From assembly GCF_046289595.1 (NCBI RefSeq), contig NZ_JBKBVB010000002.1, forward strand, positions 15,433-47,432: a stretch of DNA of 32,000 nt, read 5' to 3'. Made by a program: the position numbers and the translations under genes. Under the pieces are notes generated by a model that was not told where the DNA came from, made no database searches, and saw nothing but the letters and a program-made list of their open reading frames with translations. Positions 1 through 8,240 of this stretch are shown here, piece by piece. The DNA is from Pseudorhodoplanes sp. Its GTDB lineage: Bacteria > Pseudomonadota > Alphaproteobacteria > Rhizobiales > Xanthobacteraceae. Position 1 is the stretch's first letter. Every line of letters starts with the position of its first letter.

Positions 1-805
1 TCGGAAGACCCAACACAGGTGAAAACTGGTCCGAGAAGGCATGTTGCGAAATTTTGAAAACCATTGGCATCCCCTGCGCCGATTACAATCTCGCTGTATG
101 CCTTGGCAAGGAAGGCGTCATCTCAGGCAGATTTTTTCCGGCTGGCGGGTCATTTGTTCCAGCGAACATGATCATTTCCGAGCTCGATGATGAATATGAT
201 GGGTCGGTTCGTTTCAAACAGGTTAGGTATAAATTGGTTGTGGCCCTTGCCCTCGTTAAGGCGCTGACCCTCAAACCGCCGCTCGGTGCCGAAAAACATA
301 TCCAGGCCTTACAGCGCAGGACTTTTTCGGCGGATATCTGCTATTCGACGCCCTCGTTGGTAACACAGACCGTCACCATGAAAACTGGGGCGTAGTAGTC
401 CTCGATCGGGGAAACAATCAAACGGAATATCACTTGGCACCGACCTTCGATCACGCGTCCAGTCTTGGTCGCGAACTCACTGATGAAGCCAGGACCAAAA
501 GACTGGAAACGTCAGACCCTCGCGCCACAGTCGAAGCTTACGCTGACCGAGCTCGGTCAGCCTTCTATGACGTAGGCCCACAGCCCAAAATCCTGACAAC
601 AAAAGAAACGGTTGCCGCCCTACGTCAAGCGACACCTACCGCGACGGCGTTTTGGGCGGAAAAGCTGGGCAATGTCGAATCACTGGTATTCGAAGATATC
701 TTTGCTCGAATCGGGCCAAATGATATTTCATCGGAAGCGACGCAGTTTGCCTTACGAATGCTGGCGCACAATCAGAGCGTAATTCGGGAGGTTGGTCTTG
801 GCTAA
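1..805 (+). pseudogene. HipA-family Ser/Thr kinase toxin (C-terminal core-kinase part). The 5' end lies outside the window and the reading frame is broken once.
   Basis: Frame 3 is open from the window edge to the stop at 393-395 (..EILKTIGIPCADYNLAV..). Frame 2 is open from 260 to the stop at 803-805. Frame 2 carries the HipA catalytic signature FDALVGNTDRHHENWG (344-391) and LAPTFDHASSLG (434-469). The two pieces join only with a 1-nt shift somewhere in 260-392. Confidence 0.6.
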
Positions 806-1538
806 TGCCCTGTACGTTGCTTGGCAGGATCAAACTTCACGCACTTGGCATACCGTTGCGCGATTGCGTAGAGTTAAGGACGAGTATGAGTTTGTCTTTA
901 CTCGTGGCGCTGAACGCCTTCGGAATGTCCCGTCTGAATTGTTTCGGATGGACGTGCGCAAGCGCTATCGTTCAAATGAATTAATTCCGTTATTCAGGAA
1001 CCGGCTCCTTTCGAGCAGTCGCACCGACTATCACAAAATCTCCAACTGGCTAAATCTTAGCGGCGAGGAAGATGAGTTTGGCACGCTCATGAAGTTTGGT
1101 CTGATCCCGGGCACAGACTCAATTTTGATCTACCCGGAACCAACCTTGGTCAACAATAACTATGCCTTGGAGTTTTTTGTTCACGGACTTCGCCATATGC
1201 ATCGCGACGCGATCAATTTGTGCCGCCTGATGAATCCGGGAGAAAGGCTCTTGCCGCTCTTAGACGTTCAAAATCCGTTCGATCCGAATGCTGTGGCGCT
1301 GCGCTGCCCTGAAAATACAATTATTATCGGATACGTTCCGACGTTCTATGCCGCTGATTTGCGCGACCTCCTCTCGCGCCCCACCGTCGCGAGGAATGCT
1401 CGAATTGTCATAGTCAAGAACAATACGGACGCGCCCGAACAATTGAGATTGCTTTGCAAAATTGAAGCTGTCGCTCCCGCAGGATTTCGGGCACTTAGCT
1501 CGGAAGATCATCAACCTCTTTTTGATGAAGCCGCTTAA
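798..1538 (+). CDS. HipS-like N-terminal domain + C-terminal HIRAN domain protein (putative Hip-kinase partner/antitoxin)
   Basis: ORF 792-1538. The SD GGGAGG (786-791) favours TTG 798 over TTG 792. The HIRAN signature is GERLLPLLDVQNPFDPNAVALRC...IIGYVP (NPFDPNAVAL = 1272-1301). The N-terminal stretch ELIPLFRNRLLSSSRTDY...DEFGTLMKFGLIPGTDSILIYPEP resembles HipA N-subdomain 1/HipS. The gene overlaps the kinase stop (803-805). Confidence 0.75.
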   Translation: MANALYVAWQDQTSRTWHTVARLRRVKDEYEFVFTRGAERLRNVPSELFRMDVRKRYRSNELIPLFRNRLLSSSRTDYHKISNWLNLSGEEDEFGTLMKFGLIPGTDSILIYPEPTLVNNNYALEFFVHGLRHMHRDAINLCRLMNPGERLLPLLDVQNPFDPNAVALRCPENTIIIGYVPTFYAADLRDLLSRPTVARNARIVIVKNNTDAPEQLRLLCKIEAVAPAGFRALSSEDHQPLFDEAA

Positions 1539-1545
1539 GTACCCC

Positions 1546-3078
1546 TCACACCGGCAAATTGTCGTGCTTCCGCGCCGGCATCTCCACCTTCTTGGTCCGC
1601 AGCATCGCCAGCGCGCGGGCGATGCGCTTGCGCGTCGAGTGCGGCATGATCACGTCGTCGATATAGCCGCGCTCGGCGGCGACGAAGGGCGAGAGAAACC
1701 GCTCCTCGTATTCCTTGGTGCGCGCGGCGATCTTGTCGGGGTCGGCCATGTCGGCGCGGAAGATGATCTCCACCGCGCCTTTTGCGCCCATCACCGCGAT
1801 CTGCGCCGACGGCCAAGCATAGTTGAGGTCGCCGCCGACATGCTTACTCGCCATCACGTCATAGGCGCCGCCGAAGGCCTTACGGGTGATGACGGTGACC
1901 AGCGGCACCGTCGCCTGCGAATACGCGAACAGAAGCTTGGCACCATGCTTGATCAGCCCGCCGTACTCCTGCGCGGTCCCCGGCAGGAAGCCCGGCACGT
2001 CGACGAAAGTCACGATCGGGATTTCGAACGCATCGCAGAAGCGCACGAAGCGCGCGGCTTTCCGTGACGCATCGGAATCGAGCACGCCCGCCAGCACCAT
2101 CGGCTGGTTGGCGACAAAGCCGACCGAGCGGCCGGCGATGCGGCCGAAGCCGGTGACGATATTTTTCGCAAAGGTCGGGGAGATTTCGAAGAAGTCGCCC
2201 TCGTCCACGACCTTCAGGATCAGCTCCTTCATGTCGTAGGGCTTGTTCGGATTGTCAGGAATCAGCGTGTCGAGGGAATTGTCGATGCGGTCGGCCTCGT
2301 CGAGCGAGGGCCATTCCGGCACGCCCGATGTGCAGTTCGAGGGGAGAAAATCGATCAGCCGGCGCATCTGGAGAAGGCACTCGACATCGTTCTCGAATGC
2401 GCCGTCGGCGACCGAGGATTTGGTTGCATGCACCGAGGCGCCGCCGAGTTCTTCCGCGGTCACCACCTCGTTGGTCACGGTCTTCACCACGTCGGGGCCG
2501 GTGACGAACATGTAGCTCGTGTCCTTCACCATGAAGATGAAGTCCGTCATCGCCGGGGAATAGACGTCGCCGCCCGCGCACGGCCCCATGATCACGCTGA
2601 TCTGCGGGATGACCCCGGACGCGATCACGTTGCGCTTGAAGACTTCACCATAGCCGCCGAGCGCCGCCACGCCTTCCTGGATTCGGGCACCGCCGGCATC
2701 GAACAGGCCGATGATCGGGGCGCGCGCCTTCAGCGCCATGTCTTGCACCTTGACGATCTTCTGCGCATGGGTCTCCGACAAGGAGCCGCCGAATACGGTG
2801 AAGTCCTTGGAGAACAGGAACACGGTGCGGCCGTTCACGGTACCCCAGCCGGTGACCACCCCATCGCCCGGGATCTTGGTCTTTTCCATGCCGAATTCGT
2901 TGGAGCGGTGCTCCACGAACATGTCGAATTCCTCGAACGAGCCCTTGTCGAGCAGGAGCTCGATGCGCTCGCGCGCGGTCAGTTTGCCGCGCTTGTGCTG
3001 CGCCTCGATGCGGGTCTGCCCGCCGCCGAGCCTGGCGTCCTTGCGGCGAAGATCGAGCTTTTCGATAATGTCTTTCAT
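1546..3078 (-). CDS. pccB: Propionyl-CoA carboxylase beta subunit / acyl-CoA carboxyltransferase (510 aa)
   Basis: The N-terminus [58 protein letters not shown] and the full-length carboxyltransferase pattern match the family. The ATG at 3078 gives the family-typical start. The ORF-track start at 3111 adds 11 unsupported residues. Confidence 0.93.
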   Translation of the reverse strand: MKDIIEKLDLRRKDARLGGGQTRIEAQHKRGKLTARERIELLLDKGSFEEFDMFVEHRSNEFGMEKTKIPGDGVVTGWGTVNGRTVFLFSKDFTVFGGSLSETHAQKIVKVQDMALKARAPIIGLFDAGGARIQEGVAALGGYGEVFKRNVIASGVIPQISVIMGPCAGGDVYSPAMTDFIFMVKDTSYMFVTGPDVVKTVTNEVVTAEELGGASVHATKSSVADGAFENDVECLLQMRRLIDFLPSNCTSGVPEWPSLDEADRIDNSLDTLIPDNPNKPYDMKELILKVVDEGDFFEISPTFAKNIVTGFGRIAGRSVGFVANQPMVLAGVLDSDASRKAARFVRFCDAFEIPIVTFVDVPGFLPGTAQEYGGLIKHGAKLLFAYSQATVPLVTVITRKAFGGAYDVMASKHVGGDLNYAWPSAQIAVMGAKGAVEIIFRADMADPDKIAARTKEYEERFLSPFVAAERGYIDDVIMPHSTRKRIARALAMLRTKKVEMPARKHDNLPV

Positions 3079-3130
3079 GGTGCCCCGTGCCTGATGACCG
3101 GCCTTGGTCATAGCACGAAGACCATTTTTT

Positions 3131-3230
3131 CGTCATGCCCGCCCTTGTGCCGGGCATCCGCGCCGTTGATCGCCGAACGGCGTGGATGGCCGGGACATCG
3201 GCGGGCGAAGCGACCCCGTCCTGCGGACGG
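3131..3230. repeat. REP-like palindromic element cluster (copy A)
   Basis: It starts with CGTCATGCCCG. Hairpins: ATGCCCG/CGGGCAT (3135-3157), CGCCGTT/AACGGCG (3161-3182), an ATGGCCGGG core (3185-3193), and CCGTCC/GGACGG (3216-3230). It shares cores with the copies at 4415, 31458 and 26328. Confidence 0.7.
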
Positions 3231-3258
3231 CCACGCTCGGCCACGACGTGCCGGGGTC

Positions 3259-3618
3259 TCAGGCAGTGGTGAGCTGCCTGTTAAACGCCCGGAGCCCCAT
3301 CGCGATGGCGATCAGGATCACCCCGGCCGCCAGCACCGAGAGCGCCTTGGCGCCGAGGATCGCGGTCCCGGCGCGCACCGCCGTGACGAAAAGGGCCGCG
3401 CGCGGCGAGCCGTCGTCGAGAATGAGCAGGCGTCCTGCGCCGGTCAGCGCGCCGATGATGATCAGGGTCTGCGAGAGCAGGTTCATCACCTCGCCGCGCA
3501 TCCCGAGCAGCGCCAGGCCGATAGAGAACACCGCACCGCCGATGATGACGGCGGCTCCTGCGGTAAACTGGAACGCCGTGAGCAGGATGGCGACCGCGCC
3601 GGCGCTGGCCGCGATCAC
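3259..3618 (-). CDS. Small hydrophobic membrane protein. The likely N-terminus lies in another frame (3619-3748).
   Basis: The 119-aa ORF is almost entirely Ala/Gly/Ile/Leu TM-like sequence (GVIAASAGAVAILLTAFQF...). A convincing N-terminus, MKITLDLSKLVEQGKLTAAEADRL, starts at ATG 3748 but is offset by 1 nt from this frame. Confidence 0.5.
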   Translation of the reverse strand: MIAASAGAVAILLTAFQFTAGAAVIIGGAVFSIGLALLGMRGEVMNLLSQTLIIIGALTGAGRLLILDDGSPRAALFVTAVRAGTAILGAKALSVLAAGVILIAIAMGLRAFNRQLTTA

Positions 3619-3880
3619 GCCGAAGCCGGTGAGGATGTTGAGGCCGAGATGGCCGGTCTCCTGCGCTGCGAGCGCCGAGGCGGTCGGCCTCCGCGGCGGT
3701 CAGTTTACCCTGCTCAACAAGTTTTGACAGGTCGAGGGTAATTTTCATCGAAAGTTTCCGCTGCAAAGTCAGCACGTCTATACCAAAGTCGGCAATTCCG
3801 GCCGATCGCACTTTGCGTCAACTCGCTTACATCCGCGTTGTGCTATCCAAAATCGATTTATCCGCCCTCGGAGATTTGCC

Positions 3881-4399
3881 ATGAGCGCCGAAAAGACCAG
3901 AGCCCGCCTTGCCACCCCGACCGATCTCGGCGGCAACGCCACCAAGGATATCTCAGGCGCACTCAACGCGCTCCTGGCCGATACCTTCGCGCTGTATCTG
4001 AAGACCAAGAATTTCCACTGGCATGTCTCGGGCCCGAACTTCCGCGACTTCCATCTGATGTTCGACGAGCACGGCGACCAGCTCTTCGCCATGACCGACG
4101 AGATCGCCGAGCGGGTGCGCAAGATCGGCGGCACCACGTTGCGCTCGATCGGCGATATCGCCAGGCATCAGCGGATTTCCGACAACGACGCGGCCTATGT
4201 CGATGCGCAGGACATGCTGGCCGAGTTGCGCGAAGATAATCAGAGCATCATCAGAGCGATGCGGGAGGTGCATGACATCTGCGACGAGCACGGCGACGTC
4301 GCCACCGCCAGCCTTCTCGAAAACTATATCGATCAGGCCGAGAAGCGGGTGTGGTTCCTGTACGAAGCCGGCCGCGCCGCAACCGCGACGGGGCAATAG
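3881..4399 (+). CDS. dps: Dps family DNA-protection/ferritin-like protein (172 aa)
   Basis: LNALLADTFALYLKTKNFHWHVSGPNFRDFHLMFDEHGDQLFAMTDEIAERVRKIGG is the Dps ferroxidase-site pattern. The SD GGAGA lies 7 nt upstream of the ATG. Confidence 0.93.
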   Translation: MSAEKTRARLATPTDLGGNATKDISGALNALLADTFALYLKTKNFHWHVSGPNFRDFHLMFDEHGDQLFAMTDEIAERVRKIGGTTLRSIGDIARHQRISDNDAAYVDAQDMLAELREDNQSIIRAMREVHDICDEHGDVATASLLENYIDQAEKRVWFLYEAGRAATATGQ

Positions 4400-4414
4400 C
4401 AACCGCCCGTTACC

Positions 4415-4502
4415 CGTCATGGCCGGGCCTGTCCCGGCCATCCACGTCGTTCTTATGAGTTCCGCCACATAAGACGCGGATGCCCGCGACAAGCGCGGGC
4501 AT
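4415..4502. repeat. REP-like palindromic element (copy B) between convergent dps and the ATP12 frame
   Basis: Hairpins: CGTC-ATGGCCGGG-cctgt-CCCGGCCAT (4419-4441, 9-bp stem), CTTATG/CATAAG (4452-4473), and ATGCCCGCG-acaag-CGCGGGCAT (4480-4502, 9-bp stem). Confidence 0.75.
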
Positions 4503-4530
4503 AACCGGTTGAAACATCGTGACGCTCGGG

Positions 4531-6000
4531 CTACCGCGCCAGCCTCAGCACCGTCGCCGCCGCCTTCATCTCGGCTTCCCGATAGGCGCGCCGCTCCATG
4601 GCGAGGCTGTCGCGGCCCCATTGCTCCATTTGCCAGTCTTCGTCGACATGCGCGGCTTTCCAGACATCGTCGACCGACGCTGCATCACGTGCAAGTGCGA
4701 GTGCAAGGAGCGCCGATCCGGTCAATGTCATTGCCGAATGGACAGCGCCGAGAGTCCATGCATCGGCAGGGATCGCCCTCGCCGCCGCGGCGATCGCCTC
4801 TTCCGGCTGCATCGCATAGACGACGCCCTCCACCATGATGAACCGCGCACCGAGCGCATCCGCCGCCCAGCGCACGACCGGGTCGAAGGCCGCTGCCTGC
4901 CGCTCGATCAGTCCTTCGGGACCGTCGGCACGGTAAAACAGAAGATCGGAGCCCAGATATTTGACGATCTCGTCGCGGACCTCGTGCGGTTTGTCGGCGA
5001 CACCGTCGACGATCGAGTTGGCGAGCCGGGTCAGCGGCATATGCGCGGGATCGATCACGTCTTTTTGCGCCTGCCACTCGTCGGCGATGGCCTGGGCCAA
5101 TTCGCGCGTGGGCGCCGCCAGCAGCCTACGCGCCGGCGTGCGCACCGGCTTGCCGTCGAGGGTCACGGCATATGCATCGCCATCCTGTGCGACCGCAGCG
5201 TTCTCATAGAAGCGCCTGCGCAGAGTCGGCCGCACGTTGCGCCGCGCCGCCTCCATCGGGTCGAGGGGATTGCCCTTGAAAATGTCATCGAAAATATCGC
5301 GCATCCGTCTTGTCCAGCGGCGCTCGGCGGGAGCCCGCGCAATCATAAAAGAGTCGATGCGGCGTGCGAGTTCCGCAAAATCCGATACCAGGTCGGCGGC
5401 CCCGCTTCGCTGAAGCATCACATGCGGGTGATAGCCCCAGGTCACGCCGATCGCATGCACGCCAGCGGCGCGCGCCATTTCCATATCGTAGGTAGTATCG
5501 CCGACCATGAGCGTATCGTGCGGCTCAGTACCCGCCTCGCGCATGGCCTCAAGGATCATGCCGGGATGCGGCTTGGACGGTGCATCGTCGGCGGTTTTGA
5601 GCGTCGCAAAATACGGCAATAGTTCGTGGTGGGTCAGTATCGCGCGCAAGCCGCGCTGCGACTTGCCGGTCGCGATCCCCAGCAGGCAATCGTCGCGCGC
5701 GGCCAGGGCGTGCACGGTTTCGCGGGCACCGGGATAAAGCGGCTCATGATGCTCGAGCGAATGGCGCAGGTCGAAAAACGCCTGCTTATAGTGTTCGATC
5801 ATGCCATCGACGGGGAAGCCATCATGCCCCTCGCCGAGCCGCTGGAATGCTTCCCGCAACGACAGGCCGACAATCGACAGCACCCGCTCGCGCGGCGGAC
5901 AAGCGATGGCATGCGCATCGTAAGCCCGCTGCATGGCGGCGCAGATCATGTTCTGGCTGTCTACCAGGGTTCCGTCGCAATCGAAGATAATAAGTTTCAG
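4531..6000 (-). CDS. HAD-superfamily phosphatase domain (about 5347-6000) continuous in frame with an ATP12-family F1-ATPase assembly chaperone domain (4531-5304)
   Basis: HAD motif I is LKLIIFDCDGTLVDS, with KPHPG and MVGDTTYDMEMA motifs further on. The ATP12 part is MRDIFDDIFKGNPLDPMEAARRNVRPTLRRRFYENAAV...DGKPVRTPARR. Translating 5281-5400 by hand shows no stop codon between the two domains. Internal ATGs at 5346 and 5304 could also initiate ATP12 alone. The ORF-track start is TTG 6108. A CTG at 6000 with an upstream SD sits at the ortholog-expected position. Confidence 0.75.
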   Translation of the reverse strand: MKLIIFDCDGTLVDSQNMICAAMQRAYDAHAIACPPRERVLSIVGLSLREAFQRLGEGHDGFPVDGMIEHYKQAFFDLRHSLEHHEPLYPGARETVHALAARDDCLLGIATGKSQRGLRAILTHHELLPYFATLKTADDAPSKPHPGMILEAMREAGTEPHDTLMVGDTTYDMEMARAAGVHAIGVTWGYHPHVMLQRSGAADLVSDFAELARRIDSFMIARAPAERRWTRRMRDIFDDIFKGNPLDPMEAARRNVRPTLRRRFYENAAVAQDGDAYAVTLDGKPVRTPARRLLAAPTRELAQAIADEWQAQKDVIDPAHMPLTRLANSIVDGVADKPHEVRDEIVKYLGSDLLFYRADGPEGLIERQAAAFDPVVRWAADALGARFIMVEGVVYAMQPEEAIAAAARAIPADAWTLGAVHSAMTLTGSALLALALARDAASVDDVWKAAHVDEDWQMEQWGRDSLAMERRAYREAEMKAAATVLRLAR

Positions 6001-6437
6001 TGTTCGTCTCCCCCGGTTTCCAGGGTCGCGGCAAGATCGGACGAGGCCCCGCGAATCTGCACTGGAACCATGCCACTTTCGTATGAGGCAGGTTTGTGCG
6101 CTGCACAAGCCCTGGAGCTGCGGGCTCTATTCACGCATGGATAGCAGCCATCAATGGCGCAAAAACCGGCCCAAACCGGCAGGCTTTTCGACTCATGAAA
6201 TCCACCGCGCTGTCGCAAGGCATCGCGTGACCCGACGTCAACCATGTGCCGGAATTGCGCAACCGCGACAGTGCATCGGTGGCTTTTCAGAATTGGACTG
6301 ACTACAATTTAGGTAAGAGTCGGGGGATAGAACACCGGCCCAACGGGGAATGAAATGCCAGCCTGCCGTTTGCGGCTCGCCGGTCCCAACAGAGCACAGG
6401 AAACCGAAGGGTTCCGGGACGCGTGCGAGAGGAGTCA

Positions 6438-8240
6438 ATGAAACCGACTGACATCGGCGATCCGAATTATTTCCACAAAGTCGTGGACTGCCAGTGGGCA
6501 TGCCCCGCGCACACGCCCGTTCCCGAATATATCCGCCTTATCGCGCAGGGGCGTTATACCGACGCCTACATGATCAACTGGAAATCGAATGTGTTTCCGG
6601 GAATTCTGGGCCGCACCTGCGACCGCCCCTGCGAGCCGGCCTGCCGGCGCGGCCGCGTCGAGAAGGACCCGGTCGCGATCTGCCGCCTGAAGCGCGTCGC
6701 CGCCGACTACAAGGACGACGTCTCGGCGCGCATGCCGAAAAGAGCGCGCGTCAAGAACGGCAGGCGTGTTGCGCTGGTTGGCGGCGGACCCGCCTCCCTC
6801 ACCGTCGCACGCGACCTCGCTCCGCTCGGCTATGACTGTGTGGTATTCGACGGCGATCCGCAGCCCGGCGGCATGATGCGTACGCAGATCCCGAAATTCC
6901 GGCTGCCCGATTCCGTGATCGACGAGGAGACCGGCTATATCCTCGATCTCGGCGTCGAATTCCGCGGCGGCCGGCGCATCGACAGCATGAAGGCGCTGCT
7001 CGCCGAGAATTACGACGCGATCTTCGTCGGCTCAGGCGCGCCACGCGGCCGCGATCTCGATATTCCCGGGCGGAAGGAAGCCGCCGCCAATATCCATATC
7101 GGCATCGACTGGCTATCCTCCATCGCCTTTGGTCACATCGACAAGATCGGCAAACGCGTGATCGTCCTCGGCGGGGGCAATACCGCGATGGATTGCTGCC
7201 GCTCCGCGCGAAGGCTTGGCGGCGAAAGCGTGCAGGTCGTGGTGCGGTCGGGCTTCGAGGAAATGAAGGCGTCTCCCTGGGAGAAGGAAGACGCCATGCA
7301 CGAGGATATTCCGATTCACAATTATCTCGTGCCGAAGGAATTCACCCACGAGAACGGCAAGCTGACCGGCATCACCTTCGAGAAGGTCAAGGCCGAATAT
7401 GACGACAAGGGCCGGCGCAAGCTCGTTCCCGCCGGCGAGCCGGACCAGCACTTCCCGTGTGACGACGTTCTGGTCGCGGTTGGACAGGAGAATGCCTATC
7501 CGTGGATCGAGCGCGACATCGGCATCGCGTTCGACAAGTGGGACATGCCGGTGGTGGATGCGACCACGCTCGGCTCGACCCACCCGAAAGTGTTCTTCGG
7601 CGGCGACGCGGCGTTCGGACCGAAGAACATCATCTGGGCGGTCGCGCATGGCCATGACGCCGCCTTGTCGATCCACAAGATGCTGTCCGGCGAAAGTATC
7701 AGCGAGCGGCCGCTGCCGCATGTCGAGATCGTCAGCCAGAAAATGGGCATTCACGAATGGTCCTATGACAACGACGTCACGCTGGACCATCGCTATCGCG
7801 TTCCGCTGCGGGACAAGCAGGTGGCGCTGCGCGACATCAAGGCGGAGGTCGAGCTTGGCTATGACGTCAAGCTCGCGCTCGGCGAGGCGCATCGCTGCCT
7901 GAATTGCGACGTACAGACGGTGTTCGCCTCACAGCTCTGTATCGAATGCGATGCCTGCGTCGATATCTGTCCGATGGACTGCATCACCTTCACCCAGAAT
8001 GGCGACGAAGCCGACCTGCGGCAGCGGCTCCAGGCCCCGGCTCTGAATCTGACACAGGACCTCTATGTTGAGGACGGGCTGAAGACCGGCCGGGTGATGG
8101 TGAAGGACGAGGATGTCTGCCTGCATTGCGGGCTGTGCGCCGAACGCTGTCCGACCGGCGCCTGGGACATGCAGAAATACCTGATCGAAATGACACATGC
8201 GGGTGATCGAGGATGTCAGGCGGCGCGCTCAGCAGCGTAA
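6438..8240 (+). CDS. GltD-like NAD(P)H-dependent FAD/Fe-S oxidoreductase with a C-terminal 2x[4Fe-4S] ferredoxin domain (600 aa)
   Basis: The N-terminal Cys cluster is CQWACPAHTPVPEYIRLI...CDRPCEPAC. The dinucleotide fold is VALVGGGPASLTVARDL. The C-terminus has CLNCDVQ..CIECDACVDICP and CLHCGLCAERCP. ATG 6438 is preceded by GAGAGGAG, and GTG 6423 is an alternative start. Confidence 0.88.
   Translation: MKPTDIGDPNYFHKVVDCQWACPAHTPVPEYIRLIAQGRYTDAYMINWKSNVFPGILGRTCDRPCEPACRRGRVEKDPVAICRLKRVAADYKDDVSARMPKRARVKNGRRVALVGGGPASLTVARDLAPLGYDCVVFDGDPQPGGMMRTQIPKFRLPDSVIDEETGYILDLGVEFRGGRRIDSMKALLAENYDAIFVGSGAPRGRDLDIPGRKEAAANIHIGIDWLSSIAFGHIDKIGKRVIVLGGGNTAMDCCRSARRLGGESVQVVVRSGFEEMKASPWEKEDAMHEDIPIHNYLVPKEFTHENGKLTGITFEKVKAEYDDKGRRKLVPAGEPDQHFPCDDVLVAVGQENAYPWIERDIGIAFDKWDMPVVDATTLGSTHPKVFFGGDAAFGPKNIIWAVAHGHDAALSIHKMLSGESISERPLPHVEIVSQKMGIHEWSYDNDVTLDHRYRVPLRDKQVALRDIKAEVELGYDVKLALGEAHRCLNCDVQTVFASQLCIECDACVDICPMDCITFTQNGDEADLRQRLQAPALNLTQDLYVEDGLKTGRVMVKDEDVCLHCGLCAERCPTGAWDMQKYLIEMTHAGDRGCQAARSAA

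Noticed and set aside
3260-3280. The hairpin CAGGCAG-N7-CTGCCTG, which overlaps the stop codon of the small membrane-protein gene.
   Set aside because: There is no U-tract on either strand, and half of it is coding sequence. It is not convincing as a terminator.
2428-3741. A 437-aa plus-strand ORF, and similar long ORFs antisense to real genes: 16091-17539 (+), 17788-19020 (-), 20568-21314 (+), 23787-24950 (-), 26352-27722 (+), 29463-30737 (+), 13317-14333 (+).
   Set aside because: All lie opposite strongly supported genes (pccB, lipase, antiporter, rarA, spermidine-synthase-like, rpoA, secY, Na/Pi symporter). Their translations are Arg/Gly/His/Asp-rich low-complexity sequence, which is typical of stop-poor shadow frames in high-G+C DNA. 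No recognisable motifs are present.
6001-6108. The TTG 6108 start, giving a 36-aa N-terminal extension on the HAD protein.
   Set aside because: The extension (MCSAQTCLIRKWHGSSADSRGLVRSCRDPGNRGRRT) has no family resemblance and would displace HAD motif I from the N-terminus. The CTG at 6000 with its SD is more plausible, but it is unproven.
6109-6437. The 330-nt spacer upstream of the GltD-like gene, examined for a riboswitch, tRNA or promoter.
   Set aside because: I could not recognise any known riboswitch core, cloverleaf or convincing -35/-10 pair. TACAAT at about 6303 has no matching -35. It is left unannotated.
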